DNA of 17,620 nucleotides, taken from positions 1 to 17,620 of the forward strand of contig JANRLW010000063.1 in assembly GCA_033762295.1 (NCBI GenBank). The letters run 5' to 3'. The stretch comes from Capsulimonadales bacterium. GTDB lineage: Bacteria; Armatimonadota; Armatimonadia; Armatimonadales; Armatimonadaceae. The position numbers and the translations under genes are program-made. The notes below the pieces were generated by a model. It made no database searches. It saw nothing but the letters and a program-made list of their open reading frames with translations, and was not told where the DNA came from. Below are positions 15,954-17,620 of this stretch, piece by piece; position 1 is the first letter of the stretch; every line of letters starts with the position of its first letter.

Positions 15954-16550
15954 TCAGGCGGAGCGGACGGCGTCGAGGAAGCGGCGGAGTTTTTCGTGAT
16001 CCTTGCGTCCGGGTTCGGCCTCGACCCCGGAGGAGACATCGACGGCATAGGGGCGTACCGTGCGCACCGCTTCCGCGACATTGTCAGGCGTCAGTCCGCC
16101 CGCAAGGAGGATCGGGATGTCCCCGGCGATCCGTTTCGCTTCGAGGGCCAGCGACCAGTCGAAGGTCTTGCCGACCCCGCCGAGGGCGGATTCATGGAAC
16201 GTATCGAGGAGGAAAGCGTCGGCGGTGCGGTGGTAATCGCGCAGTTCGAGCAGACTGAGTTCATCCTTGACCCGGAAGACCCGGAGGCGGCGCATCGCGG
16301 TTGTCTGCTCGTCGCCGCCATAAAACTGCACGACCTCGCAGGGGTATTCGGAGGAATCGATCGGCTGCCGTGCGACGACGACGGTGGTCAGGAAGGGGGG
16401 GAGTCCGCGAACGACCTGTCGAACGGTCTCGGGCGAGACGAAACGCGGCGACTCCGGCACGGCGATAAATCCGAGCGCATCCGCGCCGAGCGCCGCCGCC
16501 GCCCATGCATCCTCCGCGTTCGTCAACCCGCAAATCTTGACCCTGGTCAC
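15954..16550 (-). CDS. trpF: Phosphoribosylanthranilate isomerase
   Basis: RVKICGLT, GADALGF, SPR.V, LLD, GG.GK.FDW, LAGGL.PDNV and VDVSSGVE..PG.KD motifs. SD GAAGGAG before the GTG. Confidence 0.96.
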   Translation of the reverse strand: MTRVKICGLTNAEDAWAAAALGADALGFIAVPESPRFVSPETVRQVVRGLPPFLTTVVVARQPIDSSEYPCEVVQFYGGDEQTTAMRRLRVFRVKDELSLLELRDYHRTADAFLLDTFHESALGGVGKTFDWSLALEAKRIAGDIPILLAGGLTPDNVAEAVRTVRPYAVDVSSGVEAEPGRKDHEKLRRFLDAVRSA

Positions 16551-16586
16551 CGTTCGGCTCCTTCCTGTTTACGACACGATACGCTG

Positions 16587-17537
16587 TCAGGGAACGAAAA
16601 CGTTACGGTTATGCCAATCAAGATACTCATTATCCGGCTGCTCCGTCTTCCGAACCGGCAGGACTTCCAGCGTCTTACCATGCATCCGGTAGTACTCTTT
16701 TCCATTCCCATAGGATTCCTTGATGCGCGTACTGATCTCCACCCGGTGATCGGTAGTAACCGTCAACAGACCACGGTCAAAAAGCAGGTGCAGATCGGAA
16801 CGCAAAAGCAGGCCGTTTCCGATCTCATGAGGACCGGAACGATGGTACGGCTTTATGTGGGCGGCCGTGAGAACCGGTAATGTCTTTTCGCCGGTAATCG
16901 CACAACGTCGCTGGTAGGCTTCGGTTACCAGGATACGAAACGCCCCCTGGCCCAACCGGGGACGAATTACCAGAGGCTGTCCGTACCGGTCACGCAGAGG
17001 AGTTTCCCGAACATGAGAAGGCACGTCCATGCGGGAGGACGGAAGATTATCGGAGAACTCCGTCGCCAAACGGGCCTCGATTTCCTGCCATGCGGCGGCC
17101 CCGAACGGTTCGGAATCGTCATATTTCCGGCCACGAACGATATTCGATTTCCAATCCGAGGGGATGGCAACCCATTCGGATTCGCGAAAGAAGAACGGAT
17201 TTATCAGGATAACGCATCCGATAACAGGGTCTCGCTCGATGCTCCCTTTGCGATATTTTATAATTCGTTGGTAACAGCTGTCATAATCAGGCGCACCGTT
17301 CTTCTGTCCGAACGCTTCCCAGGCGATCGAAAGCGGTAACCGGGAGTATTGAGCGAAAAATCCGCCACCGACCAGATAGTTGTCCGGATGATGCAACTTG
17401 AACAGGAAAGGACCACCCGGAGGCAATGCGGCAAACCCCTGCTTCGGACTCGGAAACCAGAAGTTGACCTCATCCGGTTGACGTTCCGAAAGAAAGACAA
17501 ACCAGTCCTTATCCGTGACACCGACAAAAAACTCCAT
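16587..17537 (-). CDS. HNH endonuclease (HNH_2-type, putative restriction endonuclease) with an aromatic-rich N-terminal domain
   Basis: R.GQG.FR..V..AY..RCAITG...L.AAHIKP...NGLLLRSDLH.LFDRG...YL.WH...VF. Confidence 0.9.
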   Translation of the reverse strand: MEFFVGVTDKDWFVFLSERQPDEVNFWFPSPKQGFAALPPGGPFLFKLHHPDNYLVGGGFFAQYSRLPLSIAWEAFGQKNGAPDYDSCYQRIIKYRKGSIERDPVIGCVILINPFFFRESEWVAIPSDWKSNIVRGRKYDDSEPFGAAAWQEIEARLATEFSDNLPSSRMDVPSHVRETPLRDRYGQPLVIRPRLGQGAFRILVTEAYQRRCAITGEKTLPVLTAAHIKPYHRSGPHEIGNGLLLRSDLHLLFDRGLLTVTTDHRVEISTRIKESYGNGKEYYRMHGKTLEVLPVRKTEQPDNEYLDWHNRNVFVP

Positions 17538-17581
17538 GGTGGTTCGGAACCTTCATTCGGCGGGTGGCCGGAGGCGGTGGC

Positions 17582-17620
17582 TCACTCGCGGGTGAACGCG
17601 GACTCGATCGCCGCCAGCGC
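17582..17620 (-). CDS. Probable 3' end of an upstream gene (...ALAAIESAFTRE*)
   Basis: Open frame from the window edge to TGA at 17582-17584, with all 12 sense codons ending in G/C. Too short to identify. Confidence 0.45.
   Translation of the reverse strand, partial: ALAAIESAFTRE

Noticed and set aside
13551..17537. HNH plus Tpt1 as a single defence or repair system
   Set aside because: They are separated by trpF and two unrelated genes, differ in GC content, and probably have separate promoters.
1..17620. CRISPR arrays, tRNA/rRNA genes, IS elements, integrases
   Set aside because: No regularly spaced repeats, cloverleaf-like sequence, transposase or recombinase motifs seen. The intergenic gaps are short.

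Overview
GC-rich bacterial chromosomal window. The DUF1559 prepilin/LacI/CRTAC1 combination suggests Armatimonadota or a similar lineage (inference). Left to right: a minus-strand unit of LacI regulator, DUF1559 prepilin-like gene and FG-GAP/CRTAC1 protein (cut by the window edge), with a clear sigma70 promoter, a LacI-type operator and a structured, switch-like leader before the prepilin gene; a dTDP-sugar cluster rfbA-rfbC(SpsL-like)-rfbB with no rfbD; a probably non-catalytic beta-galactosidase-like jelly-roll protein; a stand-alone, probably leaderless gatB; an inverse-autotransporter-like protein with a beta-helix passenger, divergent from a clan GH-A glycoside hydrolase; and a minus-strand run of a lower-GC HNH nuclease, trpF, lipoprotein alpha/beta hydrolase, ACT-domain protein and Tpt1/KptA. 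No rRNA, tRNA, CRISPR array or transposase was recognised. The best leads are the sugar-regulated prepilin unit with its leader switch and AT3-rich prepilin codons, the beta-helix type Ve protein, and the putative modification-reader HNH nuclease. All family assignments come from motif recognition by eye, not from searches.
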